In this document: in pieces, positions 45,391 to 59,800 of the stretch
Numbering within the stretch: the first letter of the stretch is position 1
How the letters are laid out: every line of letters begins with the position of its first letter
Assembly: GCF_021869535.1 (NCBI RefSeq)
Contig: NW_026262701.1
Span: 10,354,001 to 10,418,000 of the forward strand
DNA: 64,000 nucleotides
Source: Mytilus californianus
Taxonomy: Eukaryota
Reading direction: 5' to 3'
The notes under the pieces: generated by a model
The model's input: only the letters and a program-made list of their open reading frames with translations
Database searches by the model: none
What the model was told of the DNA's origin: nothing
Program-made: the position numbers and the translations under genes

Positions 45391-48300
45391 TGGTCTTATA
45401 GGTTAGCGAAACTCTTTAGGGATCTTCTGCCTTGAATTTAATGATTAAGTGTTCTCTATAGCTAGTTTGGTATTCTTTATATGATTTAAGTTTCTGTTAA
45501 TTCTGTGTTGTATTTTTGTTCACTATATTTGGTTTTGAGCACACATCACGAAAAATAGATTTTGTAATTGCGAATTAGGTTCAACAAAATACCTTATGTA
45601 CCTCACTTGTAACTGTGTATTACACACTGGTGGCCTACATCCGTTAAATAATAAGGTTTCAGCTTTCCAAAAAGGGTTGTTTAGTTTACACTTATTCTAT
45701 TCAGAGGTGTGCCAATTGAAGTGCTTTGAATACATTCTAGAGCTTTATAAAACTGACTAGGTGAGAGAGTTTTTAATTGACAGTAAAATTGTTTTCGAAG
45801 TTTTTATTTTTCGTTTTTTTTTTTATATAAAGACATGGGATTTAAAACTGTATTATTAATGTGTAACATATGTTTGTTAAAATTTAAGTCTCGAGGTATC
45901 AAAGAAAACAGATATTGATATAGAGTATTCTGTAAATATCATTATAGGTTGCATTTCTGTAAATATAGACAATGCAATTTCCCATAGGAACTCCCTTTGA
46001 GGCTAAAACTGTGCTACTGTTACTATGAAGTTTCGTAAAAAAAATATATCCTAGAATGGAAAGCTGATATGCACTACTATTTTATTCAAATGTCAAAACA
46101 TAGGGCTGTGCGTCATATTTTCAACATTTATATGCCCTGAACTTGTTAGATTATAAACTTATACTAAAATTCTGTACTACCCCTACCTCCACTGTTTGCC
46201 TACTTCAGAATTTAATTTTCACCGCAACAATATGTTTTTATACTGGTAACAGTCCCAAGTTATGTCTCTATGATATGAAACATAGAGATCATATCCGGGA
46301 ACCAGTACGTAAACAAATCAAGTTATCTATAAATATTATATATCTCAGCTTATAAGTGCAACCTATAACTTTTTTTAAAGTTCCAGAAGGGATTATTATA
46401 AAATATGACATTAGGCTGTCCAGTAGGGCCACCTTAAATGAAAATCCTTGAAAACCCGTTTTTCTTAATATAGTAGTACAACATTTGATCCTCAATTAAG
46501 CGGTCCTTATGCCAGTTTAAAAAACCTTTTACTATAAATTAAGAAGATTTGTCTAGAAAAGTTTAAATCGTTTTCTGTATAGCAACTAGTTGATAAGTTA
46601 GTTTTATTGTTTTTGTGGTTAAGATTTAAGAGTATCGTACAATTAGAAGTTCATTATATCAGACTGTAAAATTGCTAATTAGTAGGATATTCTTGGGGGT
46701 TTTTTTATTTAAAAGAGAAACATAGAAACTATACACCACAGTGTGATCAGTTGTACAATGAATATAATGTATAAATGTAAGTAAAATATTTCGATTCGAT
46801 TTAGATATTATGATATTGGTACAACTAAAGCGAAAGAAGTTTATCGATTTTCAGAGACAAATCAAGAGAGCAAACAAAACTTAGGGAATCACATGAAATC
46901 TAAAAGGAGCGAGACCAGCTGCTTCGAAAGGGAAAGCTTCTCCTGCTATTTATGTAACCCCCAGCATGTAAATTCACACTCAGTAAAAATCACAATCGGG
47001 AATTAGAGCTAGTAGTTAAAGCGGTCAAATTCTTGTTATTGAAAAATATCTTTATTTTATAATGAATCTCGATGTTTGGTACTGGTTGGTGGTAAGAAGG
47101 TTCAAAACGTTCTTATGCAATTATGTTTTTGAACTTGTTCAGTGGCAGACATTTTATAGACTGAACCAGTATCGATTGAGTGATTGGTTGATTGATTGAT
47201 TGATCTTTGGTTCCTTAACGTCTGATGCATCAGTACCGATGCACTAGATTTATGACTTAATTTCATTTTGTTGTACATGCCACCATACATTCATTCTGTA
47301 CTTTGATAGAACCTATATTAAACCGACCAGGAAATGTATCATTCAATTATTGGAAGCTACAATATTTCTTTACAGCATAGTTTGTCTAGACGTTTAATGG
47401 GATCGACATAGTATAAGAGGAGGTGCCACGATGCAGTTGAAGTATGGAAGAAAGTCACGTGAGAGAAAAACACATATTTAATGTCCTCAAGTTGTAGATA
47501 AAACTTCATTAGACTAAATGTTACGAAGGCTATGTAGCTTTTGATGTTATAATAACACATTCAATATCAAATCATTTTCATAATGATAATAACACATATA
47601 GTCTTGGCAAAGCTATATAATGTAACATGAATTTATTTATTGTTTTGTGGTATATTTCAGATATGTTTCAGTATCACTTGGAGCTGAACATGCTGAAATA
47701 GAAATGTACAATAATTACCTTTAAGAAAAGAACAGTGTATTTGTTAGATTGTTTAAATAAATAATAGTTTTTAAATTCTAAATAATCGGCAAACAAATAA
47801 ACCTGAACAATATTAGATTAATATTAAGAGAATCGTCCTTAATTGGATCAAGTTTTTTGCCTCTGGATAGAAAAATCAGAGTTTGGTGTAGAGACTGTCA
47901 TTCTCAAATAACGATGCAGTATTTTCGGCTGCTTTTCTTTCTTTTTTTTATAGTACAACGTCACTTTTCAGCAACTGTTGCTTCAAGATTACAAAACATT
48001 TACTCGTGATACATTTATTTTTCTTTGAAAAAAACATATTAGTTTCTTCATATACTAATGTATTTTGAATTTGTATCACTTTTTCTAAAACCAATATGGT
48101 ATTTTTTCTTTGCTATATATGTTTTTTACAATATAACTTTATTACTGGTCAAAGATTATGTATGACACAAGTTTTTATTATGGACTTTAGAAAAATTATC
48201 ACTTTTCAAAATTATTGAATTTTATTTATAAATGAATATAATAATAAATAACGTCAGATCAATATTCATTAAAACAAAAGACTATGTATGCTGTCATCGA

Positions 48301-49585
48301 CATTAAAGACATATCATTATAAAGCATTTAACAAGAATGACATTTTTTAACTATTCAATGTTGGTTATGAATACCAGACATGCCTTAAAAGAGCATAACA
48401 TCTTACTTTAAGACATCTAGTGCCAATTTATATATTTTGTAAAGCTGTTGTTCATCCCCAAACATTGATAACAAATCTTCAAATGAGAAAATGCTTTCAG
48501 ATTTTACAGTTCCAATCTCGTTTATAGCAAGAAGTGGAAAGACGTTACGGTAGTATGGAAGGCAACTAGTATTGGTTTGGTTGTTGTCTCTTTGACATAT
48601 TCCCCATTTCCATTCTCAATTTTAACATTTAGATATAAAATTTCTTATATCTGACAGCTTTAATAAATTGCGAACAAAAGGAGCATAACTCAATCTTATA
48701 AACTTTAAAACGGCGTGATCTTTAAATGCAAAGGTTTTAAAAAGTGGCCTTATCATACCTTTGCCTGTTACATTTATACTAGAAAAGAGTTATCACTCCC
48801 TCTTATGATGTTAGTTCATACTGGCCAAATATTAAGTATTAAGTGTTTGCTGCTCGGATGCGTCTTTCCTGTTTATTATTTATTTTGTTCAGTATTAGTG
48901 TTGCCGTCTGTCATATTGAGTGTTTGATATTCTTTTGACGCAGTTGGTTTGGTATCTTATATTTATCATTTCAACATACAGCACAATTCTTAAAACTTTC
49001 ATAAAAAAAACAAAATAAATGTGGTATACTGATCGCACGTCTTTAGAAATAACACGTTTCAACACCACGCATTTTCAGTTTTGTCTTATAAGAAAATTTA
49101 TCAGTTTGCCATTCATTATGGCGATCAAAGGGAATTAACTCCAACTCAAACTGTATTAAAGGAAACCGTAATATTACATTCAAATAATTATTGATGTCTA
49201 ACAACTATAAGCTGTTTATCAAATATATCAGTATGTAATACCGCTTCACTTGTTGTACAGCCTATCAATAACAGGCCGAAGGAGACAAACATTCAATTAG
49301 ATTTTATTTAAATGTTAATAATCTGTGTTTGGTCTTAAAACGAATATTATTATAAATTATACGTTTAGGGTAACATACTTACGCACATTCCAATTGAGAT
49401 TGATTACTGCAAGTCAAATCAAATGTGGAACACACTGGATCATAATTCGCAAGACAAATACAAGAACTTTGCGAATACACGATATCTGAAAGTAAAAGTA
49501 TAAAACTTTAAAGTTCTGAAGAAAAACAGACAGAGGTTTAAATAAATAAGGAAGCATTTTGCTAATTTTTTTTAGGTTAATATAT

Positions 49586-50060
49586 ATAAGAAGATGTGGT
49601 ATGAATGCCAATGAAACAACTCTCCATCCAAGTCACAATTAATAAAACTAAACCATTATAGGTCAAAGTACGGTCTTCAACACGGAGCTTTGGCTCACAC
49701 CGCACAGCAAGCTATAAAGGGGCCCAAAACTTACTAGTGTAAAACCATTCAAACGGGAAAACCAACGGTCTAATCTATATAAAAAACGAGAAACGAGAAA
49801 CACTTATGAACCACATCAACAAACGACAACTTCTGAACATCAGATTCCTGACTTAGGACTGGTGAAAACAATTGCAGCGAGTTTAAACGTTTTAATGGTT
49901 CCAAACTTTCACCCTTATCTGAAACAATAGTGTAACACCACAACATAGAAAAACACACTATAAAATATCAATTGAAATAGCTTAACTCAATCAAAAGATA
50001 TATTAACACAGGTGAACATACACTGAACGAATAGATTTGATCTTTGATACAATGTTAATA
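49586..50060 (+). repeat. Interspersed repeat family 1
   Basis: It matches 42178-42640. Confidence 0.8.
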
Positions 50061-50639
50061 TAAAATCAATAAATTAAGGGATGAATAATTAAATTAACAG
50101 CATTATACCGCTGTGAAATGTTAAACAATTTCAGAAAAACAACAATAACCTTAAACAAAAATCCGTTATTTACAACAATATTATACACAGGTAAATGAAA
50201 ATAATTTTGTTGTTAGGTACACAGTTTAAAAGGAGGAAGGAAATATTTTGACAAAATAAATAATTTTGATGTTCATCGTTCGAAGAAGTGAAAAATTATA
50301 GTAATACCAAACACTTAAAAGATGGTATATAGACGAGATATATAGATGACTAAGTATCTATCAAATAACAAAAAAGCATTACAAATAGTATCAACAGGTC
50401 AAATTAACAAGAAAGTACGATTTGAGAGTACTCGCAGTTACAGACAGCTAGTTAAAAGCCAAAAACAATTAATAATAAAAAAGCATGCATCAGAGACTAA
50501 AATCAACTAAAACACATCCCAGGGGTTTAGTATTTTCACGTCATGGACAGTCAAAGAAAACATGACTTGTGCAATGCCAAAAAAAAATGTATCGACAGAC
50601 AGTAGAATAGTTAGGAGTTAACCTCTTAATAGATAAAAA

Positions 50640-51315
50640 TGAACGTGGGTGTGTCTTTATACATCCCGTTTGGAAAGAAAACAAATTTAATGATGTTTTA
50701 ATTTGCTGATGACAAAATCGATATTATTGCCAATGTAAACTATATTCAAAGATCTAATTACAACATTGGTAAGATTACCTTTACTAATAAGTTTGTTTAA
50801 AGGTTCGATAAGTTTACACGGATCACATAGTGATTTCCGCGCTTTTAGTCAATATTACGGTAGGATGTGAAATACCGTTTTTGATAAGGTACAGCCAAAT
50901 CTTTGTATCAATGAAAGAATTTAGTAAAAGTTTTAAGTAATTTATAGTAACGAAATCCCTGACTTAATAATTTATCAGTGATGCATTGATTACGTTCGTT
51001 AAAATCTATGACATCACTACACACAAGGGCATAACGAACCAGTTGGGATATATAAACACCGTATGGTGGAGCCAAAGGAACATCGCCGTCTAAAAAAGGA
51101 AAATTAACAATAGGGAATGAAAAATCGTCTCTTTTGCCGTAAATTTTAGTATGGAGTTTCCCTTTAGTAATTGAAATGTCTAAATCTAGAAAAGGACAAC
51201 TACTGCTGTTTATGTTAGATTTAGTTAAAGTAAGTTCTTTTGGGTAAATTTTGGTAGTATATAAACATGATTCATATAGTAAGTATGCGCTTCCCAAGTC
51301 TTTGTGTTTCGCCAA
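50640..51315 (-). mobile_element. Penelope-like RT fragment of a different subfamily
   Basis: The 135-aa frame IYPKELTLTKSN...CPFLDLDISI...KIYGKRDDFSFPIVNFPFLDGDVPLAPPYGVYISQLVRY is distinct from the NIPAAPAYG subfamily. Confidence 0.82.
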
Positions 51316-51967
51316 TAAATAGATTCGTTAAATCAGTCCAAAATGGAAAAAAAGATAACTTCTCGAAACGTTGTAGCACGTAAAAGTCTTGAGAATGAAA
51401 TTAAATCGGCGATAAAGAGATTGTCAGGGTAGACTTCTGAATATTTTGTTTATTTAAAGACATCTTATACAAATAAATGTTGGTTTTTCTCACATAGTGT
51501 AATGTTAATCGTGGATTTTACCCCCACTCCAAAATATATTGTCAACCAAGCAATATCATGATTACATATAATTCATATAATTTATTTAATAATTTATATT
51601 TTAGTTTTTTTGTGTTTTTTTTCCATAGGATTCCAAAATCTAAACTTATATCCGTGCCTCCTCTTGACCAACAACGGATTACATAGATGAAAATGCATAA
51701 CAAACCAAGCCTTTTGATAATTCAGCTTATCATTATTGTTGATAACATATCAAATAATTTATAGAAAAAGTAAAATACAAATGTGATCCTTAACCTTGTC
51801 ATCAATTACAAATCAAAATATTATAGCTTTTTTTTTGTATTGACGAAAGAGTTCTTCAAAAACATCATATGTAATTATTTGGGATTTGAAATCTCAGCTG
51901 ATCTTCCTAAACTGTAATGTAGTTAAGTTGTGAATATAAGATTTATCATAAATAGTCGAATAATATA

Positions 51968-52125
51968 AGAATAAGAAGATGTGGTATGATTGCCAATGCG
52001 ACAACTCTCCACAAGAGACTAAAAGACACAGAAATTAACAACTAAAGATCACTGTACGGTCTTCAACAACGAGCAAAGCCCATCCCGCATAGTCAGCTAT
52101 AAAAGGCCCCAAAATGACAATGGTA
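51968..52125 (+). repeat. Interspersed repeat family 1, truncated variant at the left edge of copy C
   Basis: ataagaagatgtggtatgattgccaatgcgacaactctcc...ctataaaaggcccc. Confidence 0.75.
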
Positions 52126-53169
52126 AAACATGTTTTTCATATATTGAACTAATGTCTGTGTTATTAAATAAGAAAAACTGGATTGTACAGTGTTTTATTG
52201 CGAAATATTCTATTTCATAAAAAGATGCATCCTTTCAATTTTTTTTACATAATTTGACAAGGAATGAACAGAATTTCATATTATAAGCAATCAAAAAGCT
52301 CTGAATTAACTAACACATTCTGAGGACTGGGGTTACGTTTTTTAAATTGAGACACACATGCCATTGAAATTGGTCGACGTTTAAAGACTGTTTAGTATGA
52401 ACATGGACGGAAAAATTTATTTAATAGATTAAAGATTATAGCAGAGACATTTTATGTCTCTGAGTGTATCAATATGTTTTGTTTTATAATTATGAGCAAA
52501 CAATCCTTTGTGACGATTTCAGTTTGAACAAGGATACATACTTCATCAACAGCATTGCTCGTGTTATAAAATGTAATTTGACAATTTATTAAAGCATATA
52601 TGAATTTTACGTACGGTGGATAAATTTCCATGTATTATCCGTTGTAATATATCTTCGGGTAAGTAAGTCCTACCTCTTTTTCATCTAGAACACTTATTTA
52701 TACTAGTATTCTCTTGACTCAAGCAACCCCATAACAGGAATTAAAGTACGATTTGTATTTTTTCTATCGAACAAAATCCACATTATTTAAATAAAAATCT
52801 AGCAGTTATTGGGAGGAATGGTTCGAAGATTTCCCCGCCATATCAAGATTTGTCTCCAGCAAGTGTACCAGCCCTGTTCGATTCCTTAATCCTACAACTT
52901 GAAATTGACACTTTGTTTAAACCGATTTATTTTGATTCATATTACAAAATGTTAGTCTTTGTGATATTTTCAATAAAGATGCATTGAAAAGTGATAGTCA
53001 TTGCATGTGAAAACACAACTAACCTGTTTTCGGCAGCCTCATCATTGCAAACTCTCAAGAAGAAACATAAAAAAAACTTTACTAAATACTTCTGTCCATC
53101 AACTGCTTTTTTCCCTTTAAAACATTTAAATGATGTTACACAGTCAAAATTCAATTAAACTATTACTTA

Positions 53170-53830
53170 ATTTGCCTGGTAACTTTTTGGATTCCAGCGC
53201 CATGGATGATTCTTATGTAGACAAAACGTGCATTCGGCGTATTAAATTATAAGCCTGTTATCTTTGATGAATTATTTCAACCACTGGGAAGATGCCACTG
53301 CTGGTGGTGGATGTTTAGCCCCCGAGGGTATCACCAGCCCAGTAGTCAGCTCTTTTGTGCTGACATGAAATAGCATTGATATCTTCATTTTCTGTTAATT
53401 TACTGTTGATACACTGTTTAAATACTCACAACAGTAAGGTGTTTCTTCCCCAAGGTATACAAACGTTGTCTATGCTGTATTTTGTACAACCTGTCGGAAG
53501 TTTTGGTTAATAATTTTTGTCAACTTCGTATTTGATTTGGTTTTGAAACTGTGTTGATTCGCATTAAATGTCATTGATATATTGAATTTCTGTTAATTTA
53601 CTATTTATAAAATAGAAAAATAATCTAAACACTTTAGTTTTTCTACCACCAGGTATAGCCGTATTTAGCACAACCTTTCGGAATTTTTGGCTATAAATGC
53701 TCTCCAACTTCTTATTTGATTTGGCTATGCAACTATTCTGGTTTCAGCACAATTGATGAGACATATGTACACGAAAAGCATTTTTGGCTTACCTCATTAT
53801 ACGCCTGGTATCTTTGATAAGTTAGTTCAA
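53170..53830 (+). repeat. Paralogous retrozyme-like tandem array in copy C
   Basis: It is colinear with 12490-13150, with a period of ~362 nt and degenerate cores at ~53200 and 53752. Confidence 0.65.
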
Positions 53831-54062
53831 CAAACAAACTGAGAGTTCATATAATCTAGCAGTAAAAGGTACAACTAACTTGAACAGGTTTCGACAAAAA
53901 TTTCTTACACAATTAAATAAAAATAGACAGAGTGGATCCAATTAATGATAAGAAGATGATGAACATTTAATTTACAGCCAAATATCTTTAAAGTTCGATT
54001 TGCCGAAAATTTGGTTTTTGGTTTTCCACTTAGTATTTGATTAGCCTTCCAACTAACTCAAG

Positions 54063-54104
54063 TGCTACTGATGAGTCTTTTGTGAACGAAACGCACGTCT
54101 GGCG
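54063..54104 (+). ncRNA. Minimal type I hammerhead ribozyme motif, near-intact
   Basis: The sequence is ugcua-CUGAUGA-GUC-uuuugug-AAC-GAAAC-gcac-GUC-uggcg. The core nucleotides and the GUC triplet are intact, stem I can pair and stem II has one mismatch. Confidence 0.6.
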
Positions 54105-55504
54105 TACCTATTCATAAGCCTTGTATTTGTAATAATATTTTTACCGAGATAAAAAGCCAAAAACTGTAAACATAGAAAATGATCACCAATATAATATGTC
54201 AAAGATCAACTTCAATGCCGATATTTCTAAAACCAGTATTTGACTCCTTCTAGAAATCATTGCCCTCAAATGACGATTTTTTTAAAACTCATTTTACAAT
54301 TGTTTGCCAATTGTCCTCCACATTTTAATATATTGGTTATGAGTACAAGAGCTACAAAATGTCGATATGACTGAATCCATCATATGACTCGCAATGGGAG
54401 TGATTCTCCTTGAATTGCGATTCATGTTATACAAGATTTTAGAAAATGCTCTTAAGCCAGAAACCATTTTAAAATTGATTTTATACATGATGAGTTATTC
54501 CCAAATGACTATTTTGACCATTATCAACGTTCCTTTAATTAATTGAAAACTAAAACAGATAGACTGAAACCCTTAAACTATCACAAATATCATCCATACA
54601 AGATATACAAAAAAAAAAATAATAACGACTGTTAAGCATTCATTGACTCCTAATAACAGTGCGTTGCCCTTATTTGACGGTCTTTTGTTCCTGTCGATTA
54701 GCTTGAAAAGTATGATAGATAAACAAACAATGTGATCAGCAGCAAGAACTAATAAATTCAAATACATGAACGTCACTAAACTGAAATTGTCCATTGACTG
54801 TTTACCTCTTACTGCTAGATTTGATGAACTCTCAGTTTGTTTGGATAGGATCTTCAAAGAAATAAAAAAAAAATGAATCGGATTTTACGTAGATACACAT
54901 ATCTTGTAAAAAAAAACTATCGGTTTTTCAAATGCAATTAATGTAAAACTGACTTCATCAAAAAATGAATTTTTGTTTTTTAAGCATATAACAAAAAAGA
55001 GGCCGAAATAGTGTGGATGACCGTAATACGTATGTTGTTAATTTTAGCGTATCAGTTACATTGAACTTGTTTGTCTTCCGCCATCGATAATAATGATTCT
55101 ATGCGTAGATAGTCTGTCAGATGCCTTCCAGTGGGGATATCAATAATCATTTGTTTCACTCTTCGATACATAAAATTAAAACTTTCTTTCAGCAAAATTT
55201 AAAAGTTATTTTGTTTTAAATATTCCTTAAATATTCAAGTTTATTAGACTACTCAATTATCTCTATTTATGTATAATTAATTTGTATATTTCTACTAATT
55301 TAATTCGTTCAGGGATAGTCACATGTTAAACTATGTTTTCGAAGGTAGATAGAAAACGGTGGATAGCAAAAGTGATATTGCACGGTTATCTTAGAAATTC
55401 TAAAAATAGAAATCTAAAAACCAATTTCCTTAATGGCACAATCTCAACAACCAATCAAATGATTTTCTGCATTACTTTAGGTAAATTCACAACAAGCAGA
55501 CGTT

Positions 55505-57760
55505 AGCTCAATAGCCACAAAAGGAAGATTTGCATCCCTCGAGGACGAAGAGAGAGAAAATCTATTAAAAAATGTGGATGCAAAAAATTCTAAGAGGCAA
55601 ACCAACACAGCTCTTAATAGTTTTCGTGAATACTTGACGGAGAAGAGCCTACCGCTCGAATTTCAATCTTATGAAGATGAACAATTGGACGACGTTTTGG
55701 TTAAATTTTTTTAAGGAAATGAGAAACAAAAATGTGTAGATGTACAAAAAACAACAATCGTATCGTCAAGGTTTGCAACGTCACTTGTCCAAAACAAAGG
55801 ACATTGACGTACTCAAAGGGGATAATTGCAGGAAATCCGAAAAAGCATTTCAATGTATAACAAAGGAGCTGAAAAGACTTGGTCTTGCTGCTATGCATCG
55901 ATATCACTATCCATTCATTGCTGATGTTAATATGGAAAACATGTACATACTTTTCTGTACATACTTGGAAAGTCCAAAAATGCTCCAGTACAAGGTATAT
56001 ATAACAAATAATGAAATAAAGATATCTTACATTTTCATTTAAAATTTGTACAATATGTGCTAGAAAAGTATGAACAGGTGAATTTTATTAAACTGTTAAT
56101 ATTATGATCTAATGGACTGGTAAAGGGTTATTTTCTTGCAACATGTTTTCTATAACAATATGAGAATTACAATTTCATTATATCACAACATGTATTTTAT
56201 TAATATGCATATACATACAATATCTATTACTTTCTGGTGTTTGTGGACATAATAATACATTTTGGACGTAGAGGAAGGGAGAACCTGGCAACCTTGACAA
56301 GAAAGGACTTTGCAGTACAGCCAAATCCAGAGGGTACACTTTATGTTTATAAATCCCATGATGAACTAACCAAACATCATCAGACAAATAGTGAAAAGTC
56401 TTCTGATGATAGGATGTATGAAATCAAAGGTAATTAAATTCTAATGTCAAAATTAATATGAAGCCGGCGTTACCTGATGAGCTTCCGAAGTTTTTTAAGA
56501 AGGGTATATCAGGTAATTATTCAACAATATTATTCAAAACGAGGACTGCGAACGGATCCAGGGGCGAAACAACATATCTTTGGACGAACGTACCAACATT
56601 CGTGTCTTAGGGCAAGACCGGAAGCTTGGATTCTACTTCTGATTAAATAAGAAAATCTTGTAAGTGCAGTGGCACAAATCGACATTTCAACCATAATTAT
56701 ACACATCATGAACAAACTGTATATTGAATACAAAAACAAAAAAGACAATTATTTTGATATTTGCAAATGAGAAGCCGAAGATACCAAAGGCACATTAAAA
56801 CTCGCAATTCGAAGAAAACTGACAAAAGTCAAAAATGAAAAGATAAAAAAAGACAACAATAGTAACTTATGATAAAAAAAAAACATGTCTTTACTCTCAA
56901 TCATATCATTTTACACTTGGTTTTCGGTCTCATTGTTATATAAATGTCAATAAAATATTTGCATATCCCATATTTGTTTTGCAATATTCTCAATATTTTG
57001 TATTTAAATGTATTTTGTCTTTCCTAGTAGTGACCGATGCCCAGTACGTTCATTTGTTAATATATCCGCCGTCTCAATCCAAAGTGTGATAAAAATTTTC
57101 AATAGCCAAAATCAGCAGCTAAAGAGGGGATCTATTATGATAACATTCCGCTTGGACATAACAAGCTGGGCAACTACATGAATGAGATAAGTAAGGCAGC
57201 CAATCCGTCAAGAGCAAGAGAGCATACCAACCATTCTTGTAGGGACACAAACGTCAATATTTTGGATGAGGCATAAATTCCCAGTCACTTGGCATAAAGG
57301 CTTCCTAAAAGACATGCAGTGGTAAAACATGTGAAATAAAACAAAAAGAGTAATGTCAGAGACATTGAGTGAAAAAACACTATGCAAAACATCTAAAGTT
57401 ACAAGACCAACCACTTTGTCGTCAAATATTGACTATTGTGTGTCTTTCACAAACAAGTGTGACTGTGGAAACTGAAGCAATATCAACTGCCTCATTTGGC
57501 TCTTTTAATTTACAGCCATTTTCAGACTCCCAAACTCAAAACCTAATTAATGATATCATTCCTGAATTTGCAGATGATGATCATGATGATGGTATGGATG
57601 ATTTATTGAAATCCCTTGAAATTCCAAGATGTATACCAAACCAGTCAAAATCAATTGATGCTGCTAGTATAAACAAGAAAGCCATGCCAGTTCCAGTATT
57701 CAATAACTGTTCAAATATTACTATTTATTACAACTTTTTTTCAAAAGAATTAAATGAAAA
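55505..57760 (+). mobile_element. Decayed Crypton-type (DUF3504/tyrosine recombinase) DNA transposon gene with introns
   Basis: The fragmented frames read GRFASLEDEERENLLKNVDAKNSKRQTNTALNSFREYL..., LQYK|VFVDIIIHFGRRGRENLATLTRKDF...HDELTKHHQ, CPVRSF...YDNIPLGHNKLGNYMNEISKAA...TNHSCR (catalytic HxxR box) and the C-terminal PVFNNCSNITIYYN. Multiple stops and frameshifts are present. Confidence 0.8.
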
Positions 57761-58154
57761 ACTAAGTGTTTCAGAAATTTATTCAATGTTAAATTGTTTA
57801 GTCTACCTTGAACATTAATTAAATGTTTCATTTCTTTTTTAATTGTTGTTGGCAATACAAATACTATTGATGAAATACCTATTAAATTTCATGATATTAT
57901 TAATGTTGGAATAAATAAATTGAATAATCATCATATATTTCCTTCAACATGGCCAAATTAATTATTACATCTTATAAGAATCTTCAAATACATTAAAATA
58001 ATGTAAATGTGTACCAAAAAAATGATATAATTTATTCAGAAAAGAACAGATTTGGTGTACAAGTCAAATAGACAATAACTATACTACCTTCAAGATAAAA
58101 TCATCAAAAATGCAGAATCTTATGCACTGACAATATCTGTGGATTAAAAATAGA

Positions 58155-58245
58155 ACAATTGTAGCCTTTGTATGAGGTCGATACAGGATTTATCGACCGA
58201 AAGAAGTATATCCTTGCATCGACCTCATACAAAGGCTATAATTGT
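58155..58245. repeat. ~35-bp-arm inverted repeat downstream of the Crypton ORF (probable element terminus)
   Basis: acaattgtagcctttgtatgaggtcgatacaggat ... atccttgcatcgacctcatacaaaggctataattgt are near-perfect reverse complements. Confidence 0.75.
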
Positions 58246-58774
58246 ATAATATTTCTAAAGGTATGTTCGAATAACTAAAAGACTTTTCTATTTGTATAAT
58301 GCTTTTTGTAAGAGAGAAACCGGTACAGTTTGGTCTTTGTAAAAATATTATGAATCAATTAGTAGCAAAAAATTGAATTGAAAATTAATAGATAAATTAC
58401 AAATCAAAATAAGAAACAAATTAACAAACAAAAAAACATTATTTTTCACAAGGTTATACATTTTTTCAACTAATTGACATTCTTTATTACACACCACACC
58501 ATCCATAGATGTTATGTGCAAAAAAGTAAATGTTTAGTCCATTTTACCGAAATTTGATAATCGCTTTCAAAATTTTACTATATGCCTGAACAGATCATGT
58601 GAATGCCGCTTTCCTGATTAATTGTATTTTTGTTTGTGGGCGATACATAATTGGTGTTAGCAGTCCTCACTAATTAAGAAAAAAAGGTAAAAAGATAATT
58701 AATATCAATTTAGAAATAAGGACAAAAAAAATACGGCAGTGAGATAACGACATATTGTTTCGATAAAGAATAGA

Positions 58775-59115
58775 GAATGAATAGGAGGAATGTGTCAGAG
58801 AGACAATAACCCTACAGAAGAGCAGAAAAAAGCTAACGGCCACCAATTGGTCTTCAACGCAGCGTGAAAATTCCGCACCCAGAGGCGGGCTTCACCTTGA
58901 CATAACAATAATGTATACTGGTTCAGCGAATGGACGCCACAATAAACTCCGAAATTTACAAATGAACCAAAATTTTACCAAAACCACACAAGACTAACAA
59001 AGGCTAGAGGTTCCTGACTTGGGACAGGGGCAAAAATGCGGGCGGGGTTAAACACGTTTTGTGAGTTCTCATCCAATCCCTATACCTCTAGCCATTGTGG
59101 AATAAACAAACACAC
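58775..59115 (+). repeat. Interspersed repeat family 2, diverged
   Basis: gagaatgaataggaggaatgtgtcagagagacaataacc...cctctagcca. Confidence 0.7.
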
Positions 59116-59329
59116 AGTATGTCCCCCTCCAAAATTTTTGTTAACTGACATTTAAAATTGCACATACTCCTAACAAATTAGTGGTCGGTGCATAATCTTG
59201 AATTCAGGAATACTGTTCTTCAACCAAGCATGGGTTTTTATCAAGACAAATTCTAGAAAATGAGGGTTCAGAAAAAAAGCTTTACGGCTAAATGTATGAT
59301 TGTTACTTGTACATGTTGTAAACTGTTCA

Positions 59330-59800
59330 TTACTTTGCAAGACCATTCCTGCAGCATCTGCATACGAAGTATATATCTCTAAGTTGATAAAATACTTGAT
59401 AGCTTGTTTTCCGAATCATGATTTCCTTGATAGAAGGGTTTCGCTTTCAAGAAAGTTATTGCACGACGGGTTCCGAGTGGTAAAGTTGAAGTCATCCCTT
59501 TGAAATTTTCACAGACGCCATAACGAGTTTGTTGACCGTTATGCAATGTCTGAGTCACAGATGAACACACATATTTTCCGTAAATAATTGTCGTTATCAC
59601 AAATCCATCCTCTTTTCCTTGATTGTGAAATCGTGGAGAAAGACTTGTGATCGGATTTATACTTGCATGAGCATTACAACAGAAACCAAATTTAAAATTA
59701 GAACTGCTTTCTCTTTGGGAGCACCTGAGTGCATCTCTGTTTTCAGTTGGGTTCGTGTTGCTCAGTGTTTAGTTTCCTATGAAGTGTTTTGTATATTTGA
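59330..59800 (+). mobile_element. Penelope-like 3' fragment plus terminal repeat
   Basis: The frame IPAASAYEVYISKLIKYLIACFPNHDFLDRRVSLSRKLLHDGFRVVKLKSSL is followed by ggagcacctgag...ggttcgtgttgctcag. Confidence 0.72.
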
